Shown: piece by piece, positions 40,871-50,484 of the stretch
How positions within the stretch are numbered: the stretch's first letter is position 1
Layout of the letters: each line of letters begins with the position of its first letter
Source of the DNA: Clostridia bacterium
GTDB taxonomy: Bacteria > Bacillota > Clostridia > UBA1212 > DUPL01
Reading direction: 5' to 3'
NCBI GenBank assembly: GCA_050951325.1
Contig: JBMNIW010000005.1
Coordinates: 160,001-224,000, forward strand
Length of the DNA: 64,000 bases
Program-made: the position numbers and the translations under genes
Notes under the pieces: model-generated
Databases searched by the model: none
Told to the model about the DNA's origin: nothing
The model's input: only the letters and a program-made list of their open reading frames with translations

Positions 40871-41917
40871 TTGGGTTGGCGTTTTAGACGAAGTATTAAA
40901 ATTGCTGATGGTGTACGGCTAAACTTTGGAAAGAGCGGTGTCAGCCTAAGTGCAGGCACTAGAGGTTTAAGACGCACATATCACACTAGTGGCAGGGTTA
41001 CAACATCTATTGGCATACCTGGAACTGGACTTTCTTATGTCACAACAAACAGTAAGAGAAAATATGAAAAGTCAGGCAGGAATTATTCGCAACTCAGCAA
41101 TATCAATGCTGTAAACAACTATGAATATTACATCAACCTTATAAGATCCCTTCACAAAGAAGGCCTGGAACCAATTGACTGGCAATCCATAGCTGAGGAA
41201 GAGGAGCCTTTTAAAAAGGGGGAAATGGGACCTTTGCAGAATGAGGCGGTTTTACGCTATGAGGAATATAAACCGGGAGTTCTTGAAAAGGTTTTCTCAT
41301 CTTTATTGGCTAAGAAAAAGGAGAAATTGAAACAACATATATTGTGGGCGGAGGGGGAGGATGCAAAGGTATACGAGGAGTGGGAGAACAGGGCGAGGTT
41401 TGCCAATGGTATTATTGAGTGTAATGAGCAAGTTTGTACAACCTTGTTGGATGAGATTAAACCGTTTTCAGATATTGAAGCTTTCTGTGAAGTAAGAAGG
41501 TGTAACTTTAGAAAAAATGGTATAGAAATTGATGTCATAATCAAGAAGGATGTTGTCCCAGACCATTCTCTTTCTCTAACCAAAACGTACAAAATCTCAA
41601 AAAAGGATTTAACCCAAACCACATATTACGACATTATGCAGGACTATGTTTGCAGCTTATGCTTTCGAATTGCAAGAGACATGTTTGCAATTTTTCATTC
41701 AAATACGGTTCTTGTTAATGCATTGAAGACAGTCTTGAACACTTCTACTGGTTATTACGAAGATGTTCCCATATTGTCAATAAAGTTCAACAGAGGAATT
41801 TTTGATATGTTGAATCTGGACAGGATTGATCCCTCCGATGCACTGAAAAATTTTATGCATAACATGGAATTTTTAAAGACGAAGGGATTCAAACCTATAA
41901 AGAAGCTTACGCTTTAA
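40871..41917 (+). CDS. DUF4236 domain protein
   Basis: GWRFRRSIKIADGVRLNFGKSGVS...GIPGTGLSY N-terminal domain. Confidence 0.85.
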   Translation: MGWRFRRSIKIADGVRLNFGKSGVSLSAGTRGLRRTYHTSGRVTTSIGIPGTGLSYVTTNSKRKYEKSGRNYSQLSNINAVNNYEYYINLIRSLHKEGLEPIDWQSIAEEEEPFKKGEMGPLQNEAVLRYEEYKPGVLEKVFSSLLAKKKEKLKQHILWAEGEDAKVYEEWENRARFANGIIECNEQVCTTLLDEIKPFSDIEAFCEVRRCNFRKNGIEIDVIIKKDVVPDHSLSLTKTYKISKKDLTQTTYYDIMQDYVCSLCFRIARDMFAIFHSNTVLVNALKTVLNTSTGYYEDVPILSIKFNRGIFDMLNLDRIDPSDALKNFMHNMEFLKTKGFKPIKKLTL

Positions 41918-41966
41918 TCGTTGTAAAAATCCTGAACTTCCATAAACGGAAATTCAGGATTTTATA

Positions 41967-42608
41967 TCAAATGGTTATATATCCGTCATGTACTATAATC
42001 GCATCCAGCTTTCTGCCATGTTTGCATAAAGGGCATTCGCTTGGCTGATACAGCTTGTAACCCGGTATGTCATTACTTGTAAATAAGGAGTTTACTACAT
42101 GGGTATGCTGACCGGGAAGAGCGTCATACAATGCGGATACACCAACAAGATTTCCTCCGTAATAGGTTAGACACTCAAGGGCACTATTCATTGTTATTCC
42201 ACTTGAAACTGATGAAAGCAAAACTATTATATTTTTGCTAGAGATTTGCTTTTGCATGTTGCTTTGGAACATCAGATTCTTGTTGACATTGCTGATGGGA
42301 GTAACCACATAAATCTCTTTACCAGAATTTACTACGTTTCTTCCATCTTTCATTAGTTCTTCTGCAAGATATGCCCCTATAACTTCCGTACCTTCAAGAC
42401 AAATAATCGTATCAACAATTGTTGTGGAAAGATAGGGCTTGGCAAGTTCGACTGCTACATCTCTTGCAATCAGTGCATTTTTCTTCATTTTCTCAAGATC
42501 GAGATAATGAGTCATATGAAAATGGTTTGTAGTAAAATGGCCTGGTATAGCCTTCATAGTGATAACCGAATTTCTATCTAGTGAAACATTAAAGCCGTCA
42601 TATATCAT
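41967..42608 (-). CDS. type I phosphoribosyltransferase-like protein (PyrE-like, degenerate PRPP loop)
   Basis: PGHFTT, IICLEG, VLLSSVSSG in place of VDDVITTG, C-terminal CPLC. Confidence 0.7.
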   Translation of the reverse strand: MIYDGFNVSLDRNSVITMKAIPGHFTTNHFHMTHYLDLEKMKKNALIARDVAVELAKPYLSTTIVDTIICLEGTEVIGAYLAEELMKDGRNVVNSGKEIYVVTPISNVNKNLMFQSNMQKQISSKNIIVLLSSVSSGITMNSALECLTYYGGNLVGVSALYDALPGQHTHVVNSLFTSNDIPGYKLYQPSECPLCKHGRKLDAIIVHDGYITI

Positions 42609-42839
42609 TTTGGCACACTCCTTAAAAGATTGATATTATTAATGGCCAGATTCGTTCTTTCTTTATTAGGTTGAATATATCATAATTGAATGTCAAATGC
42701 AAGATGTCAAATTATCATGTAAAATTAGTGTAAATGCTCAAAAGTATAATATTAAAATTGACATTGAATTGGATTAAATATATAGTAAACTTGTTTGTGT
42801 TTAAAATCATTGCACAAATATATATGAAGGAGACATGGT

Positions 42840-44606
42840 ATGGAAGGAATATCAATATTCAACATTATCAATCTAATTGGTGGACTAGCAATCTTCTTAT
42901 TCGGCATGACTTTGATGGGTGAAGCCTTGGAACGACGTGCCGGCAACCAGCTAAAAAATGTTCTAAGCAAACTAACCACAAACAAATACAAAGGTTTTCT
43001 GTTGGGCTTAATAGTTACGGCTATCATCCAGAGTTCATCAGCCACAACTGTTATGGTAGTTGGATTTGTAAACTCTGGAATAATGGTGTTGAGGCAAGCC
43101 ATAAATGTCATAATGGGTGCCAACATAGGTACAACAGCAACAACATGGCTTTTGTCGTTAATTGGAATTGAAGGCGATGCATGGTTTGTACAGATTCTTA
43201 AACCTACATCCTTTACACCAATTCTTGCATTAATCGGCTGTATTATGTACTGTTTCATTAATGAAAAGAAAAAGAAACATACCGGATTGATTCTTTTAGG
43301 ATTTTCTGTATTGATTTTTGGTATGGATATGATGAGTGAGGCTGTTAAGCCGCTTGCTGAAGTGGAAGGTTTTAGAAATATACTGCTTCTATTCAGCAAT
43401 CCAATCTTAGGTGTGCTTGCAGGAGCGATTTTGACATCAATTATTCAAAGTTCATCAGCGTCTGTAGGTATTCTCCAAATGTTATCGGCATCTGGTGCCG
43501 TAACGATGGGGTCTGCTATACCAATTATAATGGGACAGAATATTGGTACGTGTGTAACTGCAATGATATCTTCTGTTGGGGCGAATAAAAATGCACGCCG
43601 TGCTGCATTGGTACATCTGTATTTCAATATATTAGGTACAATTGTTTGGTTGATGGTGTTCAGTATATTGAACTATATCTTCTCATTTGCTTTTGTGAAT
43701 CAGGCAGCAACTCCATTTACAATTGCAATAGCACATACAGCTTTCAATATACTTAGCACAGCATTGTTATTCCCATTTACAAAACAACTAGAGTGGCTTG
43801 CTGTTCGTTCAATCCCTGACAAAAAGGATAAGTCCGAAGAGATCAACCTGCTTGACGCACGTTTGCTTGCAACTCCGTCAGTGGCAGTTAACAGAAGCAG
43901 AACTGTCGCTGTTACTATGGCAAATACATCAGTTGAAACATTCAAACAGTCTATGACAATACTTAAGGCATACGACAAGGACTTGGCAGAAAAAATCAGG
44001 GAAGGCGAGAGCAGGGTTGATGATTTAGAGGACATGATTGGATCGTATTTGGTTAAGCTTAGCGGAAGAAACTTGTCCGAAGACAACAGTCAGGAAAGCT
44101 ACAAGCTTTTGCATCTTCTGAATGACTTTGAACGGATATCAGACCATGCAGTCAATTTGCTTGAGTCTGCAGAAGAGATACATGAAAAACAGCTTATCTT
44201 TTCAGATGAAGCCAAGAAGGAAATTAGTGTAATGATGGAAGCTGTCAATGAGATTCTTGATCTTGCGTTGAGAGCCTTTGTCGACAATGATTTGCAGGCG
44301 GCCCATTCCGTGGAACCTCTTGAAGAAGTTATTGACTTCCTGAAGTCGAAACTTAAGACTCAGCATATCAAGAGACTGCAAAGAAACGAGTGCACCATTG
44401 AACTTGGCTTTGTGCTGACTGATATTGTAACTAATCTGGAGCGTGTAGCGGACCACTGTTCCAACATTGCCGGATTGGTTATTGAAGTATCCCAGAACAG
44501 CTTTGACATGCACAATTTCCTTAAGACCATAAAACGAGATCCAGGAAGCGAGTTTGCAAGATTGTTTGAAACCTACATGGAGAAGTATACAATAGATGCA
44601 GATTAA
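42840..44606 (+). CDS. Na/Pi cotransporter with PhoU domains
   Basis: two QSSS repeats, GANIGT/GQNIGT, two PhoU ERxxDH motifs. Confidence 0.93.
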   Translation: MEGISIFNIINLIGGLAIFLFGMTLMGEALERRAGNQLKNVLSKLTTNKYKGFLLGLIVTAIIQSSSATTVMVVGFVNSGIMVLRQAINVIMGANIGTTATTWLLSLIGIEGDAWFVQILKPTSFTPILALIGCIMYCFINEKKKKHTGLILLGFSVLIFGMDMMSEAVKPLAEVEGFRNILLLFSNPILGVLAGAILTSIIQSSSASVGILQMLSASGAVTMGSAIPIIMGQNIGTCVTAMISSVGANKNARRAALVHLYFNILGTIVWLMVFSILNYIFSFAFVNQAATPFTIAIAHTAFNILSTALLFPFTKQLEWLAVRSIPDKKDKSEEINLLDARLLATPSVAVNRSRTVAVTMANTSVETFKQSMTILKAYDKDLAEKIREGESRVDDLEDMIGSYLVKLSGRNLSEDNSQESYKLLHLLNDFERISDHAVNLLESAEEIHEKQLIFSDEAKKEISVMMEAVNEILDLALRAFVDNDLQAAHSVEPLEEVIDFLKSKLKTQHIKRLQRNECTIELGFVLTDIVTNLERVADHCSNIAGLVIEVSQNSFDMHNFLKTIKRDPGSEFARLFETYMEKYTIDAD

Positions 44607-44615
44607 GAAAGAGAG

Positions 44616-45161
44616 GTGCTTACTATGTATGAACTGGTGAAGACCAGAAGAAGCATACGCAAGTACTTGCAAAAGGAAGTGGAGAAGGACAAGATAGATG
44701 TAATAATCAAAAGTGCCTTGATGGCTCCTTCTTCCCGAAGCAGAAGACCATGGGAATATGTTGTTGTTACAGACAGGGAGAAGCTGAAAGAGCTTTCTGC
44801 CTGCAGAGAGCACAGCGCAAAGTTTTTAGAAGGCGCTCCTTTGGGAATTGTCGTAATTGCGGATTCATCAAAGAGTGATGTCTGGGTTTGCGATGCATCA
44901 ATTGCATCAACAATCATTCAACTAACAGCGCATTCGCTTGGTCTTGGGTCTTGTTGGATACAAGTCCATAACAGGTTTGACAAAGAAGGTGTGAGTGCAG
45001 AAGAAAATGTAAGGAAAGCCCTTGATATTCCTGAGAGACATTCTGTCTTGTGTATAATAGCTATAGGTTACCCCGATGAATCAAAAAAGCCATATGAAGA
45101 AGAGAACTTACCCTATGAAAAAGTACATTATGAAAGATATGACAAAGAGGATGCCGAGTGA
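44616..45161 (+). CDS. nitroreductase family protein
   Basis: RRSIRKY, APS...PW, GLGSCW, IGYP. Confidence 0.92.
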   Translation: MLTMYELVKTRRSIRKYLQKEVEKDKIDVIIKSALMAPSSRSRRPWEYVVVTDREKLKELSACREHSAKFLEGAPLGIVVIADSSKSDVWVCDASIASTIIQLTAHSLGLGSCWIQVHNRFDKEGVSAEENVRKALDIPERHSVLCIIAIGYPDESKKPYEEENLPYEKVHYERYDKEDAE

Positions 45162-45175
45162 CATCCTCTTTTGTA

Positions 45176-46774
45176 TTACATTCCTGCATAAGTTTTCTTT
45201 TCATCTTTTTTTATGGGTTCTCCAAAGCCTTCATTTCCTTTTAGAATAGGACCACCATGGATTACTTCCGGATTAAGGAGACTGTCAAACAGCTTTTCTC
45301 CGATGAAAGCCCGTGACTTTGCTATACGTTCCTCTCGCTTTGTTTCGTCGTTAAGATCCACAATGGTGTAATAGATTGGTTTAGGTTCACCCATGGAACC
45401 GTCTTCATTTCTGCGTCTGATACCTAGATTCAAACCAAATTCATACTTATTGTCTACATATGCATGGTGAGTAAACAAATCAATTGTAGGAATATTTGTT
45501 ATCTTCAAATATGCAAGACAGTATGCAGCTGCAGCTTGTTCTTCACTGATTGCATCTCCACGGGAGTTGAAACCCTGCTCGGATAGGATAATTCTTCTAG
45601 GTTTGCCTTTGTACAAGAGTTCTTCTTGTGAAAGGTAAGCTGGCAAAACTTCAATATTCTTGAATGTAATTCTACGGGTCAGGAAATGGAACTCTGGAGA
45701 CCTGTCGTTATAGAAGTCGGGAAATCTTAAATCTTCTGGATATGGGTGATGTGCAACATTCCAGTCAAAGTTGCCATCTCTTTTAGCATGCTTGTTAATA
45801 TTGTCTATAACGGATTTTCCATCGTAGTAGCGAAGCGGCATGGTAACGTTGTGGGTAAGACCATGCCAGTAATGGTCAAGAGAAACATACACTCTAAAAT
45901 TTGCGTAGTGTTTCCTTGCGGATATCCATGCAATTCTCATGGCCTGAGTGTATTCAAGAGTGTAGTCTTCAACTGTCATTTCTCCTGAGTTGCCCCATAC
46001 ATACTGGCTGTCAACCTCGTTACCGATAATCATACCACCGAGGAGACCGAACTCTGAGTTGGGGTTTGTGTATCTTTCTGCCAGGAACTCAGTAAACGCC
46101 TTGTAGTAGTTTTGTCCGTCCTCGGTTACCATGTTGAAACTGCTAATAAATGCGTGGGGGTCGTTCCAGTCAAAGTTGGGATGAATAACTTTTGATAGAA
46201 GCAAAGGATCCCTTTTGCTTCCAAAATGTTTCGGAGAGTTCAAAAGAATAAATGTCATCAAAAGATTGAGACGTTTTGCTCTTCTCATAGTGTTATCAAT
46301 ATTGTCAATCTCTGATTTGATGAAATAATATTCCTTGCCGTCACAGACATATGTAATTGTGTCGTCCCCTTTATATGGTGTCATTATGGCGGTAAGGCTT
46401 ACGTTAAGTAGATTTTGACGGGTTCCAAAAAATTTTATATCCTCATCCGTACCGCCTGCAGCCTGAATGGATTCAGGTTGCGGATAAGGATAATCATACT
46501 TTGCCACATTGTCAAACTCAGTAACATATTTGATACCCTCTGCCTTTTTACTGTCATGCCAGATTTCGAACTCACTCCAAATCCTGTCATGGGAGCCATC
46601 AAATCTGGGTATAGTGATGGTGTTATCAACACTTTCTGCCTTTATGAAAGCAATTTCTCTGCTGCTCAGACCTATTGTCGGCACTTTCTCTCTTACATAA
46701 ACACTTGAGCGGTTATCGCCATCGTATTTGATAACGATACTGTCCTTTGCTGCCGTGATTTCTTTAATATACAT
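45176..46774 (-). CDS. DUF5722-like putative clan GH-A glycoside hydrolase
   Basis: IGNEVD, VSLDHYW, AHHPYP, ITFKNIEVL, ILSEQG; start at MYIKE after a GGGAGAG RBS. Confidence 0.7.
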   Translation of the reverse strand: MYIKEITAAKDSIVIKYDGDNRSSVYVREKVPTIGLSSREIAFIKAESVDNTITIPRFDGSHDRIWSEFEIWHDSKKAEGIKYVTEFDNVAKYDYPYPQPESIQAAGGTDEDIKFFGTRQNLLNVSLTAIMTPYKGDDTITYVCDGKEYYFIKSEIDNIDNTMRRAKRLNLLMTFILLNSPKHFGSKRDPLLLSKVIHPNFDWNDPHAFISSFNMVTEDGQNYYKAFTEFLAERYTNPNSEFGLLGGMIIGNEVDSQYVWGNSGEMTVEDYTLEYTQAMRIAWISARKHYANFRVYVSLDHYWHGLTHNVTMPLRYYDGKSVIDNINKHAKRDGNFDWNVAHHPYPEDLRFPDFYNDRSPEFHFLTRRITFKNIEVLPAYLSQEELLYKGKPRRIILSEQGFNSRGDAISEEQAAAAYCLAYLKITNIPTIDLFTHHAYVDNKYEFGLNLGIRRRNEDGSMGEPKPIYYTIVDLNDETKREERIAKSRAFIGEKLFDSLLNPEVIHGGPILKGNEGFGEPIKKDEKKTYAGM

Positions 46775-46930
46775 ATCTCTCCCTCTTTCATCTCTTATTG
46801 GACGTCTAACTATTATCACATATATTTCGGTGTGTCAATAAGGATTGTACGCAAAATTTGTAATATTGTATTGATGAATTATCTTTAATCGGATATCATG
46901 TATTTAACATAAATGTGGAGGGTAGAAAAC

Positions 46931-48235
46931 ATGAGATTATTTGCCATAATTCTTGCTTTTATATCACTTTGCCTTACAGGATGCAGCAATACGGGGAATT
47001 CTACAAAGAAGAATGCAGGTGTGAACACATCGCTGAAGTATGAAAAGGCACCAGTTATTACGGCTGATACAGAAGTATACAATGTCATGGATTTTGGGGC
47101 AGTTGGTGATGGGAAAAAGTCTGATACTGCTGCAATAAAAGAGGCTTATGAATATGTTTCGAATAATGGTGGGGGAGTTATATACTTTCCTCCCGGAAGA
47201 TATATTGTGGAAGGGACATTGGACTTAAGCCATCAAAACGGAAACAAGGTTGTTTTTGCAGGAAATCCGGATAGAAAGAAAGATACATTTATACAATCCA
47301 CAAGATCATTAAATGCTGATTTTATTATCTTGTCAGGCTCAAATATCCATTTCACATATTTGACTATTAGGAATCTTGGAGAAACAGGTTCTGTTGTAAA
47401 CATGCAATATGATAACTGTACTCTCACAGAGTGTGCGTTTTTACAGGAAAACCCTAAAAACGAGGAAGCTGCCATTGTTGTTAGCGGCTCGAACAACTCT
47501 ATTTCTTCCTGCTACTTTGGACCTGGCACCACCAACGGCTATATTGTCAATTTTACAAAAGAGCCAGGGAGGCAATCAAAAAACAACTCATTAACAGACT
47601 CATATCTGGGCGGAGGACTTCCAAAATCAGTATTGATTGATACAAAAGATGAAGGTCATTGTCCGGAAGAAATATTTATTTCAAGAAATGTATTTTTGTT
47701 TCCTGCCATTGGACAGGTATATGTGGTTTCTGTAAAAGGATTAATAATACATAACAACATGCTTGATGCTGCAACCACCGCCATTATTCTAAACCCTGAT
47801 TTAACAGGTATCAGTGATGTTGATATAAGGTACAACTACATGGGTTCCCAGAACAAGGATATAGGCATGTTTGCAGACAGAACCGACATGGCAGGTGGAA
47901 TAGTAACCGATATTGCAAACGGAGGGACTATTAAAAATGTGGTTGTAACTGACAACTACTTTTGGGGATATTACGGTATCAGAATAACTTCAAGCAAGTT
48001 TAATAGTTTTAAAATAATCAACAACTATTTTGTAGAAAGCAATGGAAGTTCAATTTACATAACCGAATCTGCAAACAATGTCATTGAAGGAAACATCATA
48101 TACAGCGGAGTTGGTGCAGTCCATACAGTATACATAGGAAAGATTGACGATAAAACTGTTTTTAAAGACAATGCAATAGCTGGAAGCATCAGCGTACCTG
48201 ATGTGGAGAAGTACAAGGATATGAATATGTTCTAA
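46931..48235 (+). CDS. right-handed beta-helix lipoprotein (pectate lyase 3/GH28-related N-terminus)
   Basis: lipobox LTGC; NVMDFGAVGDGKKSDTAAI, YFPPGRY; Asn-rich repeats. Confidence 0.8.
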   Translation: MRLFAIILAFISLCLTGCSNTGNSTKKNAGVNTSLKYEKAPVITADTEVYNVMDFGAVGDGKKSDTAAIKEAYEYVSNNGGGVIYFPPGRYIVEGTLDLSHQNGNKVVFAGNPDRKKDTFIQSTRSLNADFIILSGSNIHFTYLTIRNLGETGSVVNMQYDNCTLTECAFLQENPKNEEAAIVVSGSNNSISSCYFGPGTTNGYIVNFTKEPGRQSKNNSLTDSYLGGGLPKSVLIDTKDEGHCPEEIFISRNVFLFPAIGQVYVVSVKGLIIHNNMLDAATTAIILNPDLTGISDVDIRYNYMGSQNKDIGMFADRTDMAGGIVTDIANGGTIKNVVVTDNYFWGYYGIRITSSKFNSFKIINNYFVESNGSSIYITESANNVIEGNIIYSGVGAVHTVYIGKIDDKTVFKDNAIAGSISVPDVEKYKDMNMF

Positions 48236-48238
48236 GGG

Positions 48239-49396
48239 GTGAACAAGATGAGAAGATGGCATTTTCTATTGATTTTGATTTCTGTTTTGATATACGCAAG
48301 CTATGAAAAGGTGGATGGTAATATGAATGTAGAGAAGGTTCGATTTGGGGATGTTGATAATAGATATTTCAATGTAATGGATTATGGTGCCAAAGGTGAC
48401 GGTGTTGGCGATGACACCAAGGCAATTGAAGACGCAATAATAGCCGCATTGAAAGTTAACGGTACCGTGTATTTTCCTAAAGGCGATTATATAATATCGG
48501 AAACTATAAGGGTTGAGAAGGATGATTCCAGGAGACTTGTTTTAAAAGGCGATGGAGAATCCAGCAAAATCATTGGTAGTGACAACCTTAAAAATCATAT
48601 GTTTGAAATACTCTTAAAGTATAATTTTCAGGTTATTGATATGTCATTCAAGCATAATGGACCTGGTGGAAGCTGCATATATTCAGTTTTCCTAAGAGCA
48701 TTCAATTGCTACTTTGAATCAAATGCTGTCAATTCATCGCCACTTATCGACTTTCATGGTTCTGATTGCAAGATAGATTCCTGTACATTCAATACCAGCA
48801 GTAAGGAAAGTTTCTCCATCTATTATTCAATGCTCGACAATGAGATTTCCATCAACAACTATATTGTCGACAATATGTTCAAAGGTGTAGGAAAAGGTAT
48901 TCTTGTAGGTGATGGCAAATACACTTCTTCAGGAAGATGTGAAGGTCTTAAAATCAACAATAACAACTTTGAAAACACAGGCGAGAACCAGATTGTAATT
49001 CAGGAAATACTGCATGTGGATATAGCGAACAATATAATGAAAGGGTCATCAATGAGCGCAATAGTGCTTGCAAGTAAAGGCCATGGACCTGACGGGATTT
49101 TTATTAATCACAATACCATAAGCGCTAATTATGCCTGTATTATAACTGAAGGAGTAAAAGGAGACTACATATCCATGACAGTCATTAGTGACAATATATT
49201 GAGTGGAGGAAGCTACGGAATTTATGATAATGTAGGTTTGAACAAATGTTTTATTCGGGACAATGTCTTTGAAAAACAAGCTAAAAATGCGATTGAGATT
49301 GAAGGTGGGGTCAATTTATTCATCATTGACAATCTTATAAGAGACAAATCCATAAGTGTAAGTAACAGTGAAAAGTATGTGATAAAGAACAATTAA
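48239..49396 (+). CDS. secreted right-handed beta-helix protein
   Basis: NVMDYGAKGDGVGDDTKAI, YFPKGDY; N-terminal hydrophobic segment. Confidence 0.8.
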   Translation: MNKMRRWHFLLILISVLIYASYEKVDGNMNVEKVRFGDVDNRYFNVMDYGAKGDGVGDDTKAIEDAIIAALKVNGTVYFPKGDYIISETIRVEKDDSRRLVLKGDGESSKIIGSDNLKNHMFEILLKYNFQVIDMSFKHNGPGGSCIYSVFLRAFNCYFESNAVNSSPLIDFHGSDCKIDSCTFNTSSKESFSIYYSMLDNEISINNYIVDNMFKGVGKGILVGDGKYTSSGRCEGLKINNNNFENTGENQIVIQEILHVDIANNIMKGSSMSAIVLASKGHGPDGIFINHNTISANYACIITEGVKGDYISMTVISDNILSGGSYGIYDNVGLNKCFIRDNVFEKQAKNAIEIEGGVNLFIIDNLIRDKSISVSNSEKYVIKNN

Positions 49397-49485
49397 AGCA
49401 AGTGTCAAGCATCAAATATTGTATCGAAATCATGTGTGTGATATACTTATACTGTTTCATATAATATGTATATCAAGGTGGTTTA

Positions 49486-49869
49486 ATGAAAAGTATAAAG
49501 CCTGGTAGAGGACCATCCATGATGGGTGGAATAGTAGGAATAGCTGTAGCGTTATTTGGTGTGTTTTGGACAATAATGGCAGTCAGCTTTGGTGCCGGTT
49601 TCATGGCGGTGTTTGGCATAATATTTGTATTTATTGCAATAGTACAGGTGATATATAATTTCAAGAATGCTACGAGTAAAAACAGGTACTCATCTTTTGA
49701 CATTGTTGATAGTCATGAAGAACCAGATCCTTTGAATGAAAGGTTTGGTACGCCAACAAGGAATAGTTCATCAATAAAAGGGGCGAGTTCTTTTTGCCCA
49801 TATTGCGGAAATCCTGTATCTTCAGAATATGCTTTTTGCAATAAATGTGGCAAAATGCTGCCGGTTTGA
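49486..49869 (+). CDS. membrane protein with zinc ribbon
   Basis: IKPGRGPS, two TM helices, CPYCG..CNKCG. Confidence 0.8.
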   Translation: MKSIKPGRGPSMMGGIVGIAVALFGVFWTIMAVSFGAGFMAVFGIIFVFIAIVQVIYNFKNATSKNRYSSFDIVDSHEEPDPLNERFGTPTRNSSSIKGASSFCPYCGNPVSSEYAFCNKCGKMLPV

Positions 49870-49889
49870 TTAAAAAAGGAGCAACATAT

Positions 49890-50417
49890 ATGACAATTGT
49901 GGTTATATCTGATACCCACATTCCAGGAAAGGCAAAATCTTTACCTCAAATCTTGTACAACGAAATAGAAAAGTGTGACCATATAATCCATGCTGGAGAT
50001 GTAAATGATATCGCTCTGATTAATGAGCTTGAAATTTTTGATCCAGTTACTGTGGTTGCAGGAAATACCGACGGATATCAAATAACAGACAAGCACGGAT
50101 TTAAAACGATTGTTGAGTTATCTGGTAAGAGAATTGGCGTTGTCCATGGCAACGGACCAAGGGCAACCTTTGAGAATGTGAGAAGGGCGTTTTCAAAAGA
50201 TAATGTGGACTGTGTTGTATATGGACACAGCCATATTCCACACTGTGAGTTTTTGGACGGCATTCTATACTTTAACCCCGGTTCACCAACTGACAAAAGA
50301 CTAAACAAATACTATACATATGGATTGATTAAGATTTCCGAGGGTGAATTTTACCCTGAAATGATATACTTCAATAAGAATGGAATTGTTAAAAGAGTAA
50401 AAGTCCAGGAAGAGTAG
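49890..50417 (+). CDS. YfcE/MJ0936-family metallophosphoesterase
   Basis: SDTH, HAGD, GNTD, HG, GHSH, NPGS. Confidence 0.9.
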   Translation: MTIVVISDTHIPGKAKSLPQILYNEIEKCDHIIHAGDVNDIALINELEIFDPVTVVAGNTDGYQITDKHGFKTIVELSGKRIGVVHGNGPRATFENVRRAFSKDNVDCVVYGHSHIPHCEFLDGILYFNPGSPTDKRLNKYYTYGLIKISEGEFYPEMIYFNKNGIVKRVKVQEE

Positions 50418-50484
50418 TGGAATTTTAAAATAGTATGATATACAATACAAGTAGTTGAATTGTTTTGTTAAAGGAGATATTAAG

